Position numbers and translations under genes: made by a program. Shown in pieces: positions 29,235-38,849 of a stretch of 64,000 nt of DNA; positions within the stretch are counted from its first letter, which is position 1; each line of letters starts with the position of its first letter. Source of the DNA: Candidatus Eiseniibacteriota bacterium (lineage in GTDB: Bacteria > Eisenbacteria > RBG-16-71-46 > JABDJR01); assembly GCA_963783375.1 (NCBI GenBank), contig CAWANH010000029.1, positions 1,568,001 to 1,632,000 of the forward strand, given 5' to 3'. Below the pieces are notes generated by a model, which ran no database searches, had not been told where the DNA came from, and saw only the letters and a program-made list of their open reading frames with translations.

Positions 29235-31898
29235 TCACTGACTCTCCACCTCGGCGGTCCAGTTGAGGACGACGGTGATGGGCGGCAGCTGGGTCATCCG
29301 GGTGGAGATCAAGAGGAATCGCTGCCCGTCCTCCGAAGCGCAGAAGCGGTTCCGGGTGATGAAGTTGCCGGGAACGTCGGCGTGGAAGAGCACCTGGGGA
29401 GTGCCGGTGTGAAACCCCGAGGTCGCATCGACCGGAACCGCCATCACGGCTCTGTCCGTGGACAGGTAGTAGAGCTCCTTACCGTCTCCCCGCCACTGGG
29501 GCTCGCTTCCGCCGGCGTTCGAGACCTGCCACTTCCCCCCCGGTCCCGGGAACGGCTGGACATAGATCTGGACTTGGCCGCTCTCGTTGCTGGTGTACGC
29601 GATCCAGCGTCCGTCCGGGGAGAGCCGGCCCTGGACCTCGGCGAACTCGCCGGCCAGGACGGGGAACGGCTTCGTGTCTTCACCCACCGGGAGCGCCCAC
29701 GTGTCCCACTGTGAACTTCCCCCCAGCCGCTGCACCAGGATCGTGCGGCCGTCCCGCGACCAGTCGGTGGGCATCTTTCGGGTGCTGTCCTGCCAGACCG
29801 CCGTCGCCCCTCCCATGCCCCGGGAGTCCTTCACGTAGATGTCCCACTGTCCCCCGCGGCCGGAGGTGAACGCGATCCGGTCTCCCTGCGGAGACCACAG
29901 GCCGGCGAAGTCCTCCTTGGGGTCGTAGGTGAAGCGGGAGCTGACTCCACGCGCGTCGTCCACGATCCAGAGATCCTGGTTGGAGCTCGTTCCGTCCGTC
30001 ACTTCCACGACCACCCGGTGTCCGGCCGGATCGAGCGCGGGCTCCCCGTAGGCGCCGAGCGGCCCAACGTTTCCCATCAGCTTTCCGGAGCGGTCCACCC
30101 AGGTGAGGCGGCGCAGGCCGGAGTCGCCGGCCCGGCAGACCAGGACTCCGTTCCGGGACACCGAGAAGTTGGCCAGACCGTTGGAGCTGCTCGAGATCTG
30201 GGTGGTCACCGGGAAGGGCTCTCCCCGGAACGACATGGAGCCGACGTCGAACCGGCGGGCCCGGAGTGCCCCATCCTGGACCCAGAGGATGTACCCCGGC
30301 TCGGAATAGTCCATGAGCGAGCTGGCCGGGCCCAGGGTCCTGGTCTCGTACGAGCCCAGCTCGCCCACCATGAGGCTGTCGCCCGCACTTCCGCCGTACT
30401 GAGCCTGGAACAGGAAGTGCTTCCCGTCGGGAAGGAAGTGCGGCCAGGCACATTCGCTCTGGCCTCGCGCCCGGTCGATCCGGGTGGCGGGGCTGGCCAC
30501 GCCGCCGGTGGCGGGGACGCTCCGGATGGAATCTCCAGAGGACCCGTCGAAGAGGATGACGCCCTCGGGGCTCCAGCTGCAGTCCGAGCCCCGCACCCCG
30601 TCGAGCAGCACCCGGACCGCCCCTCCCGCCGCATCCACCCGCTTGAGCTGGGTGCCCGAGAAGAACGCCAACGTCCTGGAGTCGGGCGACCAGGTGGGGC
30701 GGGTGGTCCCCTCGGTGCCGTCCAGGGGATGCGCGGAGAGGGCGTCGAGCGGCTGGACCCAGATCCGGGAGGTCCCGGTGGAATCGGAGGCGTCGAAGGC
30801 GATGATCCGTCCGTCCGGCGAGACCTTGGGCATCCCCACCGAGGTGAGCCCCGCCGGCGCGGCGATCTGGAAGCGTATGGTCCGAGGCGTCGGCGGGGGT
30901 TCGCGAAGGAGTTCGCGGGCCCCAAGGCCGGCAGCCACGAGCGCGAAGACTGCGGCGGCGACCCAGGCCGCCCGCTCCCGGCTCCGCCGCCGGTGGGTGA
31001 CCGGCCGCGGCACCCCCGCCGCCGACCCTCCCTCGGCGATCCACTGCAACTGGAGACCCACGTCATGGGCGGTCTGCCACCGCGCGTCGGGGTCCTTCTC
31101 CAGGCACACCCGCACCACGCGATCCAGGGACGGCGGCGTCATGGCCTGAACCGAGGAGATCGGGGTCGGCTGGTCCTTGAGGATCGACGCGATCAACGAC
31201 GCCTGGCTCTTCCCCTGGAAGGCGCGGGTCCCGGTGGCCATCTCGTAGAGGATCGCGCCCAGGGCGAAGATGTCGGTCCGCGCGTCCGCCTCCTTGCCCT
31301 CCAGCTGCTCCGGCGCCATGTACTGGAACGTCCCCAGGATCGTCCCTTCCGCGGTCAGCGGCGTCCTCGGGTCCTGGGTCGGCGCCTTCATGGTGAGCGA
31401 CGAGTCCGAAACCACCGCCTCCACCCCCGTCCGGGCCAAACCGAAGTCCAGGAGCTTCACCCCGCTCCGGGTCAGCATCACGTTCCCCGGCTTCAAGTCC
31501 CGGTGCACCACCCCGCTCCGGTGCGCCGCGGCCAGCGCCTCCGCCATCTGCCGACCGATCCGGAGCACGTCCTCCAGCGGCAACGGTCCCCCGGCCACCT
31601 TGTCGGCCAGGGTCATCCCCTCCAGGTACTCCATCACCAGGAAGTCCGTGCCGTCCTCGTGACCCACGTCGTACAGCGCGCAGATGTGCGGGTGGGTCAG
31701 GGACGAGATCGCCCGCGCCTCCCGGTCGAACCGCTGGCGGAGCTCCGGGTTGGCGGAAAGATGGGTGGGCAGGATCTTGATCGCCACCGAGCGGTCCAGA
31801 CGCGTGTCCGTGGCTCGGTAAACCTCCCCCATCCCTCCCGCGCCGATGGGTTCGATGATCTCGTACGGGCCGAGGCGATGGCCGGGGTTCAACGGCAT
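29235..31898 (-). CDS. Ser/Thr kinase - TM - TolB/PD40 beta-propeller, copy 3
   Basis: Intact 887-aa ORF with the same motifs as copy 1. Confidence 0.93.
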   Translation of the reverse strand: MPLNPGHRLGPYEIIEPIGAGGMGEVYRATDTRLDRSVAIKILPTHLSANPELRQRFDREARAISSLTHPHICALYDVGHEDGTDFLVMEYLEGMTLADKVAGGPLPLEDVLRIGRQMAEALAAAHRSGVVHRDLKPGNVMLTRSGVKLLDFGLARTGVEAVVSDSSLTMKAPTQDPRTPLTAEGTILGTFQYMAPEQLEGKEADARTDIFALGAILYEMATGTRAFQGKSQASLIASILKDQPTPISSVQAMTPPSLDRVVRVCLEKDPDARWQTAHDVGLQLQWIAEGGSAAGVPRPVTHRRRSRERAAWVAAAVFALVAAGLGARELLREPPPTPRTIRFQIAAPAGLTSVGMPKVSPDGRIIAFDASDSTGTSRIWVQPLDALSAHPLDGTEGTTRPTWSPDSRTLAFFSGTQLKRVDAAGGAVRVLLDGVRGSDCSWSPEGVILFDGSSGDSIRSVPATGGVASPATRIDRARGQSECAWPHFLPDGKHFLFQAQYGGSAGDSLMVGELGSYETRTLGPASSLMDYSEPGYILWVQDGALRARRFDVGSMSFRGEPFPVTTQISSSSNGLANFSVSRNGVLVCRAGDSGLRRLTWVDRSGKLMGNVGPLGAYGEPALDPAGHRVVVEVTDGTSSNQDLWIVDDARGVSSRFTYDPKEDFAGLWSPQGDRIAFTSGRGGQWDIYVKDSRGMGGATAVWQDSTRKMPTDWSRDGRTILVQRLGGSSQWDTWALPVGEDTKPFPVLAGEFAEVQGRLSPDGRWIAYTSNESGQVQIYVQPFPGPGGKWQVSNAGGSEPQWRGDGKELYYLSTDRAVMAVPVDATSGFHTGTPQVLFHADVPGNFITRNRFCASEDGQRFLLISTRMTQLPPITVVLNWTAEVESQ

Positions 31899-31920
31899 GC
31901 TCGCGTGTCCTCCAGTCGAC

Positions 31921-34594
31921 TCAACGGCGGATCAGATCGCTGACCCAGTCCACCATGATGGTGGTGGGTGGGAGCGTGGCGGCGCCCCGGGGGGAGACGG
32001 CCAGGAAGCGATCCCCGGCGGCGTCGGGGCACCAGCGGTTCCGGGTTGCATTGCCGGCGCTCACCGGAAGCCGGAAACGGCGCAGAGGCGTCCCGGTCCG
32101 GATGCCGCCACCGTCCCCCAGGGTCACATCCACCGTCATCAGGTCCCGGTCGGGGTTCGAGTAGCAGATTTCGTGACCGTTCCGGCTCCAGAACGGTTCG
32201 ATGCCCCCGTCGATCGAGACCTGCCACTTTCCCGAAGGTTCGGGGAAGGCCTGAACGTAGACTTCGTTCCGCCCCGTCTCGCCGGTTTGATAGGTCACCC
32301 AGTGCCCGTCCGGGGATATCGCGGGCTTGCCCTCGGCGAAAGGCCCGGTGGCGACCGCGATCGAATCGCCGCCGGCGACGGGAACCGCCAGATTGTCCCA
32401 TCTCGAGTTCGGGCTCAGGGTGTGGATGAGGATGTACGCCCCGTCCGGAGACCAGGAGTACGGTTCCTTGTAGCTGCCGCTCCGGTAGACCGCGGTAGCG
32501 CTTCCGGTCCCGTCCGCCGCCTTCACGAAGATGTCGTACTGCCCGTTCCGGTCGGAAGCGAACGCCACGCGCCGCCCGTCGGGAGACCAGGTGCCGCAAA
32601 TGTCGTCCGCGGGGTCCAGGGTGAGCCGCGTCCGGGTGCCCCGGTCGAGATCCAGGACCCAGAGGTCATCCGTGCCGCTGACGGCGTCGGTGATCTCCAC
32701 CACCACCCGGCGTCCATCGGGGGAGATCGCGGGGTTTCCGTATCGGGCCTCGCCGAACGGAAGCTCCGAGGCCCGGCCATCCCGGTCCAGGAGGACCAGC
32801 TTGTTGGTGGGTTGACCCTGTTCCCGGTAGGCCAGGATCCCGTCGTCCGAGGTCGAGAACTGGGCGAGGCCCAGGCCGCTCGCTCCGATCGACTCGAGGA
32901 CCGGAAACGGCTCGCCGGTGAACTTCAGGGATCCGGCGTCGAACTTCCGGGCGAGGAGGGTGCGGTCCTGGACCCAGAGGATGTAGCCGGGAGGAACGTA
33001 TTCCATGCGGCTGTCGGTCTTCTCCAGCGTCCGTGTCTTGAACGATCCCAGCTCACCCACCCGGATCACGCTGGGACGGTTGTCGGAGTACTGCACCTGG
33101 AAGAGGAAGTGCTTGCCGTCGGGGAGGAAGTACGGCCAGGCGTGAACCTGCTCGAGATCGGCGTGGTTCAGGACCGAGGCCGGCCCGGGGATCCCCCCGG
33201 TGTCCGGAACCTGCCGAAGCGAATCGCTCGAGTTACCGTCGAAGACGATGAACCCCTCCGGGCTCCAGGAACCGTCCGCCCCGGTCGGGGCCTCGCACAG
33301 GATCTGCGCGGGGCCGCCGGCAATGTCCACCCGCCGGAGTTTCCCCTTGGTGAAGAACGCCACCGACCGGCTGTCGGGCGACCAGATGGCCCGCCGGGCA
33401 CCCTCGGTTCCGGGCAAGGGGTGCGCCTCGAGAGCGTTGAGGGGCTGAATCCAGAGCATCGCGGTCCCGGTGGTGTCGGTGGCGTTGAACGCCATGTAGC
33501 GCCCATCCGGGGAGAGCTTGGGGGAGTCCATGACCGAGACCCCGGCCGGAGCCGGCACCTGATAGCGAAGCGTGTGGTGAACCGCCTCCGCGGGCCGGTT
33601 GAGGGCGTACCAGCCCACCGCGGCGATCAGGGCCGCGCCGAGAACCCCGGCCAGGCCCCACGCCATCCGCTCCCGGCTCCGCCGCCGGTGGGCCACCGGC
33701 TTCGGCACCCCCGCCGCCGATCCCCCCTCCGCGATCCACTCCAGCTGCAGCGCCACGTCGTGCGCGGTCTGCCACCGCTCCTCCGGATCCTTCTTCAGGC
33801 ACGTCCTGACCACCCGGTCCAGCGCCGGCGGCGCCAAGCGGCATCACCTGCGAGATCGGCGCCGGGCTCGCCGACATGATCGACGCGATCAGCGACGCCT
33901 GGCTCTTCCCCTCGAACGCCCGCCGCCCCGTCACCATCTCGTACAGCACCGCCCCCAGCGCGAAGATGTCCGTCCGCGCGTCCGCCTCCACCCCCTCCAG
34001 CTGCTCCGGCGCCATGTACTGGAACGTCCCCAGGATCGTCCCCTCCGCGGTCAGCGGCGTCCGCGGATCCTGCGTCGGCGCCTTCATCGTCAACGACGAC
34101 GACGGCGCCTCCGCCTCCACCCCCATCCGCGCCAGGCCGAAGTCCAAGAGCTTCACCCCGCTCCGGGTCAGCATCACGTTCCCCGGCTTCAGGTCCCGGT
34201 GCACCACCCCGCTCCGGTGCGCCGCGGCCAGCGCCTCCGCCATCTGACGACCGATCCGCAGCACGTCCTCCAGCGGCAACGGTCCCCCGGCCACCTTGTC
34301 GGCCAGGGTCTGCCCCTCCAGGTACTCCATCACCAGGAAGTCCGTGCCGTCCTCGTGACCCACGTCGTAGAGCGCGCAGATGTGGGGATGGGTCAGGGAC
34401 GAGATCGCCCGCGCCTCCCGGTCGAACCGCTGCCGGAGCTCCGGGTTGGCCGAGAGGTGCGTCGGCAGGATCTTGATCGCCACCGAGCGGTCCAGACGCG
34501 TGTCCTTGGCCCGGTAGACCTCACCCATCCCTCCCGCGCCGAGGGGTTCGAGGATCTCGTACGGGCCCAGGCGATGGCCGGGGTCGAGGGGCAT
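31921..34594 (-). CDS. Ser/Thr kinase - TM - TolB/PD40 beta-propeller, copy 4 (1-bp insertion at 33836-33837)
   Basis: ORFs 33233-34594 and 31921-33837 join if the extra A (GCGCCAAGCGG versus GCGCCAGCGG in copy 2) is removed. Confidence 0.88.
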
Positions 34595-34713
34595 GAGGGG
34601 GTGCCTTTCCGGGATGGTCTGCGGTCGTGGGGGTCGGCAACGAATACTATACTGGCAGTTGAAGGAACTCCAGAACCGATTCAGTCACCTTTCAGCCTGG
34701 AGCCAGGGACAGC

Positions 34714-35388
34714 TTGCCAAACCATCATGACCTGCACACGCCGGAGACGGTCGTCGACCGCCCGACCCTCGACACCGAGCGCACCACCGCGGCCACCGAT
34801 GCGCTTCTGGCCGTGGTGGCCGGTCTCGGCGCCGTCGCGGTGGCGGCGACCCAGGTGGACCCCTGGCGGGCGGGGCTCTGGTCCTGGGCGATGGCGCTCC
34901 TCGCCGGGGCCGCCGCCGCGGGGGCGATCATCCACGGTTTTCGGCCTCCCCGCTTCTGGTCGAGCGTCCTCTGGGGAACGGTCTTCGCGGCCATCGGGCT
35001 CGACATCCCGGTCATCCTGCTGGCCGCCCTCTACGATCTCCTCGGCCGGGAGCCGATCATCTGGATCGCCGCGATCGGCGGACCGCTCTTCCTGGTGTTC
35101 TACGCGGTCGCCCTTCGCCGCCGCCCCCGGTTCTCGGAGATCGTCCCCTTCGAGGCCGCCTCCGCCACCGCCGCCCTGGTCATCTACATCGTGCTGGCCG
35201 CACGCGGCGGTCTCCCCGGCGCGGTATGGATCGCCGCCGGGCTCGGCGCGAGCATCGTCGCCGGCGGGGTGCAGGCCCTCTACCGGGGCCGGGTCCGCCT
35301 CCTCTGGACCTTCGACCACAACGGGCTCTTCCACCTGATCCAGATCGCGGGAGTCGTCCTGATGGTGCTCGGCCTCATTCGGGCTTGA
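34714..35388 (+). CDS. Multi-pass membrane protein, DUF6962-like (start uncertain)
   Basis: TE.TTAATD, GAIIHG, FDHNGLFHLIQ motifs; about seven TM helices. Confidence 0.65.
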   Translation: MPNHHDLHTPETVVDRPTLDTERTTAATDALLAVVAGLGAVAVAATQVDPWRAGLWSWAMALLAGAAAAGAIIHGFRPPRFWSSVLWGTVFAAIGLDIPVILLAALYDLLGREPIIWIAAIGGPLFLVFYAVALRRRPRFSEIVPFEAASATAALVIYIVLAARGGLPGAVWIAAGLGASIVAGGVQALYRGRVRLLWTFDHNGLFHLIQIAGVVLMVLGLIRA

Positions 35389-35442
35389 GGCTCCGAGGAA
35401 GCGCCGCCCCGAGGCGCACGCGGGGCGCCCGCCGGACCCCGG

Positions 35443-36271
35443 TCAACGTTCCAGGAACTCGAGCACGGTCCGGTTCACGAGATCCGGCTTCTCCTGGATC
35501 ACGCTGTGGGAGGCCCCCGGCACGATCCAGAGCTCGGCCCCGGGAATCGCGCCGGCCAGCTTTCGGGTGTGCTCCTCCCGCACCACGTCGTGCTCCCCCG
35601 CCGCGATCAGGGTCTTGGCCCGGATCCGGCCCAGTTCCTCGACGGTGTAGTTCGGCTGATCCCGCCAGAGCGCGATGACCTTGTTCATGGCCGCCTCGTA
35701 ATGGGAGGTGTCCGGAGCCACCGAATCGTAGAACCGCTTCATGTCCGGCCCGAAATCCGCCGCGGTGGCGGTGTCGCTCCAGGCCGCGTCGTCCGGGTTC
35801 ATCCCGTCCGGCCGGAAGTTGGCCCCGAAGGCCACCAGGTGGTCGATCCGATCGGGGTGGTTCATGGCCAGGTCGAGGCCCACGATCCCCCCATCGCTCC
35901 ACCCCATCACGTCGGCGCGCCGGACCCCCAGCGAATCCATGAGCGCGATCACGTCCTCGGCCATGGCGTGGTAGGAGAGCGGGCCGTCGCGGTCGGTGGT
36001 CCGGCCCTGGCCGCAGGCGTCGGGCACGATCACCCGGTAACGCGCGGCGAAAAACGGGACCTGGGCGGCGAACTGCGCGCCGCTTCCCGCGCCGCCGTGG
36101 AGCAGCAGCAAGGCGGGCCCGGCCCCGGTCTCCTCGTAGTACATCCGGATGCCGTTCAGGCGCACGATGCGGCCCGCGGGCGGTGCCGGCGCCGAGGCCT
36201 CGGAAACGAACGAACCGATGAGCGCGAGCGCCAGCACCAGGGTCCAGGCCGAACCGCCGACCGTTCGTCAT
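35443..36271 (-). CDS. Exported alpha/beta hydrolase (probable 1-bp frameshift in the signal peptide near 36250)
   Basis: LLHGG, GWSDGG, GEHD, PGASH; the AAGGAG RBS precedes ATG 36271, which is one base out of frame with ORF 35443-36237. Confidence 0.85.
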
Positions 36272-36352
36272 CCGCAACTCCTTTCCGGCCGGCGGCCCGG
36301 GGATCCCGGGTTTCCGGCTCGGCCGATCGCGAGACCGCCTTTCCACGGCGCC

Positions 36353-37630
36353 TCAGTTCGCCGCCGTCTTCCGCCGCCCTTCGGGATCCAGCTCGTCCTC
36401 GCGGCGGTAGCGGACCAGGGACGGGGTCTTGGCCGCCACCCATCCGGTCATGAGGAGGCAGGCCAGCCCCCCGCTCACCACCGAGAACGGAGCGCCGAGG
36501 AAGTTGGCCACCGTCCCCGCCTCCATCTCCCCGAGCTGGGGGCCGCCCATGAAGAAGATCATGTTGACGCTGGTCATCCGCCCGCGGAGGCGGTCGGGGG
36601 TGGCGAGCTGGCGGATGATGTTCCGGAGCACGGTGGAAACCGTGTCCGCGCCGCCCACCACGGCCAGGCAGGCGAAGGTGAGCCAGAAGCTCCGGGAAAA
36701 CCCGAAGGCCACGGTGGCCAGGCCGAAAGCCGCGATCGACCAGAGAAGGACCTTGCCCCGGCGGTCGATGCGATCGACCACGGACACCATGATGAGGCTC
36801 ATGACCACCGCTCCCACCGCCGGCGCCGCGTAGAGGAGTCCGTAGCCATGGGCGCCGACCTTGAGGATGTCCTGGGCGAAGATGGGGAGGAGCGCGGTGG
36901 CCGAAGCGAAGAACGTGGCCAGAAAGTCGAGGAGCATGCTGGAGCGGATGACCGGGGCCGAGAACACGAACCGGAGTCCTTCGAGCGCGGCCTTGTAGTT
37001 GATGCGACTTGCCTCCTCGAGCTTCCGCCGCGGAATGTCCCGCATGAGGAGAAGTCCCACGATCACCGCCAGGAACGACACCGCGTTCAGGGCGTAGGCC
37101 CACCCCACCCCCAGACCGGCGATCACCGCCCCCGCGACCGCCGGGCCGAGGACCGAGGCGGTCTGGAACATGATGGTGTTGAGGCTGATCGCGTTGGGGA
37201 AGTCCTTCACCGGCACCAGGTTCGGGATCAGGGACTGGCGGGCGGGGCTGTCGAAGGGGGCGGCGGCGGCGCTGATCCCGGCCAGGAGATAGATCGGCCA
37301 GAGGACGGTGAGCCCCCGGAAAGTGAGGACGGCCAGCACCACGGCCACCCCCATCATGAAGCTCTGGGTGACCAGGAGAAGCTTCCGGCGGTCCAGGGCG
37401 TCGGCCACCACGCCGCCGACCAGGGAGAAGACGATGATCGGCACCACCTTGACCAGGCCCACCAGTCCCAGGGCCAGGCCCTTGTGGGACGGGGAGACCA
37501 GGAGCGAGACGTGCCAGAGGATGGCCACGTTTTGCATGAGGGTGCCCGAGGCGGAAACGAGCTGGCCCCCCCACAGGAGCCGGAAGTTCCGGTGCCGGAG
37601 GGCGATGAAGGGCGAGGTGAGGCGGTTCAA
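36353..37630 (-). CDS. MFS transporter (EntS/H+ antiporter-like)
   Basis: ALRHRNFRLLW.GQ, GGVVADALDRRKLL, TPDRLRGR; GGAG before TTG 37630. Confidence 0.9.
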   Translation of the reverse strand: MNRLTSPFIALRHRNFRLLWGGQLVSASGTLMQNVAILWHVSLLVSPSHKGLALGLVGLVKVVPIIVFSLVGGVVADALDRRKLLLVTQSFMMGVAVVLAVLTFRGLTVLWPIYLLAGISAAAAPFDSPARQSLIPNLVPVKDFPNAISLNTIMFQTASVLGPAVAGAVIAGLGVGWAYALNAVSFLAVIVGLLLMRDIPRRKLEEASRINYKAALEGLRFVFSAPVIRSSMLLDFLATFFASATALLPIFAQDILKVGAHGYGLLYAAPAVGAVVMSLIMVSVVDRIDRRGKVLLWSIAAFGLATVAFGFSRSFWLTFACLAVVGGADTVSTVLRNIIRQLATPDRLRGRMTSVNMIFFMGGPQLGEMEAGTVANFLGAPFSVVSGGLACLLMTGWVAAKTPSLVRYRREDELDPEGRRKTAAN

Positions 37631-37721
37631 GGATCTCCCTGTTGGCGGGTCCCGCGGTTCGGCCCGCCGGCCCGGACCCGTCTTCTGTTCCGGCGGCCGA
37701 TGCAAACCGGGGATTCTAGCC

Positions 37722-38120
37722 TACTTCTCGCCGGGGGAACGCGCCGCCGAGCCCGAGGGCGGAAGTTCACCCGGGGGAACGCGCCCCCTCGTCCGTCGGC
37801 GCGGGCACGAAAGTGCACCCGGGTACTCGACCCTCGCCATGAGTGCTTCCCCGGGGAAGCACGGTTCGCAAGAAAGGGTTCGCATCAAAGCTGGCTCACC
37901 CTGGAGAGTGCGCCACCTCGCGCGATGGCCGAGATTCACCCGGGGGAACGCGCCGCCGAGCCCGAGGGCGGAAGTTCACCCGGGGGAACACCCCGCCGAG
38001 CCCGAGGGCGGAAGTTCACCCGGGGGAACGCGCCCCCTCGTCCGTCGGCGCGGGCACGAAAGTGCACCCGGGTACTCGACCCTCGCCATGAGTGCTTCCC
38101 CGGGGAAGCACGGTTCGCAA
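37722..38120. repeat. Array of about ten CCCGGG-centred palindromes including a perfect 128-bp direct repeat (37744-37871 = 37993-38120)
   Basis: Palindrome centres near 37732, 37772, 37820, 37852, 37901, 37941, 37981, 38021, 38069, 38101 (spacing 32-49 bp, often 40); TGCTTCCCCGGGGAAGCA is a perfect palindrome. Confidence 0.85.
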
Positions 38121-38269
38121 TATTGGAACCGCGCCAACGCGCCCCAAGCGTCCGAAGCGCCCCAGCGCGCCCAAATCGCTTCCCCGCTCCCCACCTCACC
38201 CACCCCAACGCCCCTTCCCGCCCCACCCGGCCTACCTCCCCGCCCCCCTCCCACGCCCTCAAGAAAACT

Positions 38270-38315
38270 GCTTGCATATTAATGCGCATACTAAGATGAT
38301 ATTGCGCATCTTTTT
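38270..38315 (+). promoter_or_regulatory. ARG-box-like operator / promoter of the arg operon
   Basis: AT-rich island with TGCATATTAATGCG and AAGATGATATTGCGCATCTT, just upstream of argR. Confidence 0.65.
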
Positions 38316-38375
38316 TGTCGGGGGGACTGGCAGCCGCGAGGGCGCCCCTCCGGACACACCCCGAGGAGGTTGGAC

Positions 38376-38849
38376 GTGCCCGAACACCGGGAAAACTGGG
38401 AAGAGCGCTGGAAGGCGATCAACGAGATCCTCGAAACCGAAGTCGTCCGGAACCAGTCCCAGCTCGTCAAGCTGTTGAAACAGAAAAACTTCCGGGTGAC
38501 GCAGTCCAGCGTCTCCCGGGACCTGGCCGAGATGGGGGTGGCCAAGGCCGAGGGCCGCTATCTCTCCCCCCAGACCCTGGCCGCCGGGGACATCACTCCC
38601 CCGGGGCTGGCCGATCTGGGCGGGTTCGTGGTCCAGACCGCCGCCGCGGGCCCCCACCTGCTGGTGGTGAAGACCACCCCGGGGGTGGCCTCATCGGTGG
38701 CCCTGGCCCTCGACCGGTCCGGCTGGCCGGAGGTGGTGGGCACCATCGCCGGCGACGACGCGATCTTCGTGGCCGTGGCCGGGCGTGCCGGCCAGCTCCG
38801 GGTCGAAGCCCGGCTGAACGTCCTCGTGGAGGAGTCCCAACGTGTCTGA
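38376..38849 (+). CDS. argR: Arginine repressor
   Basis: VTQSSVSRDL, VVKTTPG.A, GTIAGDD; GGAGG before GTG 38376. Confidence 0.95.
   Translation: MPEHRENWEERWKAINEILETEVVRNQSQLVKLLKQKNFRVTQSSVSRDLAEMGVAKAEGRYLSPQTLAAGDITPPGLADLGGFVVQTAAAGPHLLVVKTTPGVASSVALALDRSGWPEVVGTIAGDDAIFVAVAGRAGQLRVEARLNVLVEESQRV

Noticed and set aside
28412-33840. Programmed frameshifts producing free kinase domains
   Set aside because: The indels are of opposite sign at different positions, with no slippery sequence, and similar indels occur in unrelated genes
23855-34594. Diversity-generating retroelement or invertase shufflon behind the kinase array
   Set aside because: No reverse transcriptase, recombinase, adenine-specific template/variable pair or inverted sites; the repeats are whole-gene paralogues
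37722-38120. CRISPR array
   Set aside because: Spacers are duplicated rather than unique, repeat arms vary, spacing is irregular and no cas genes are present
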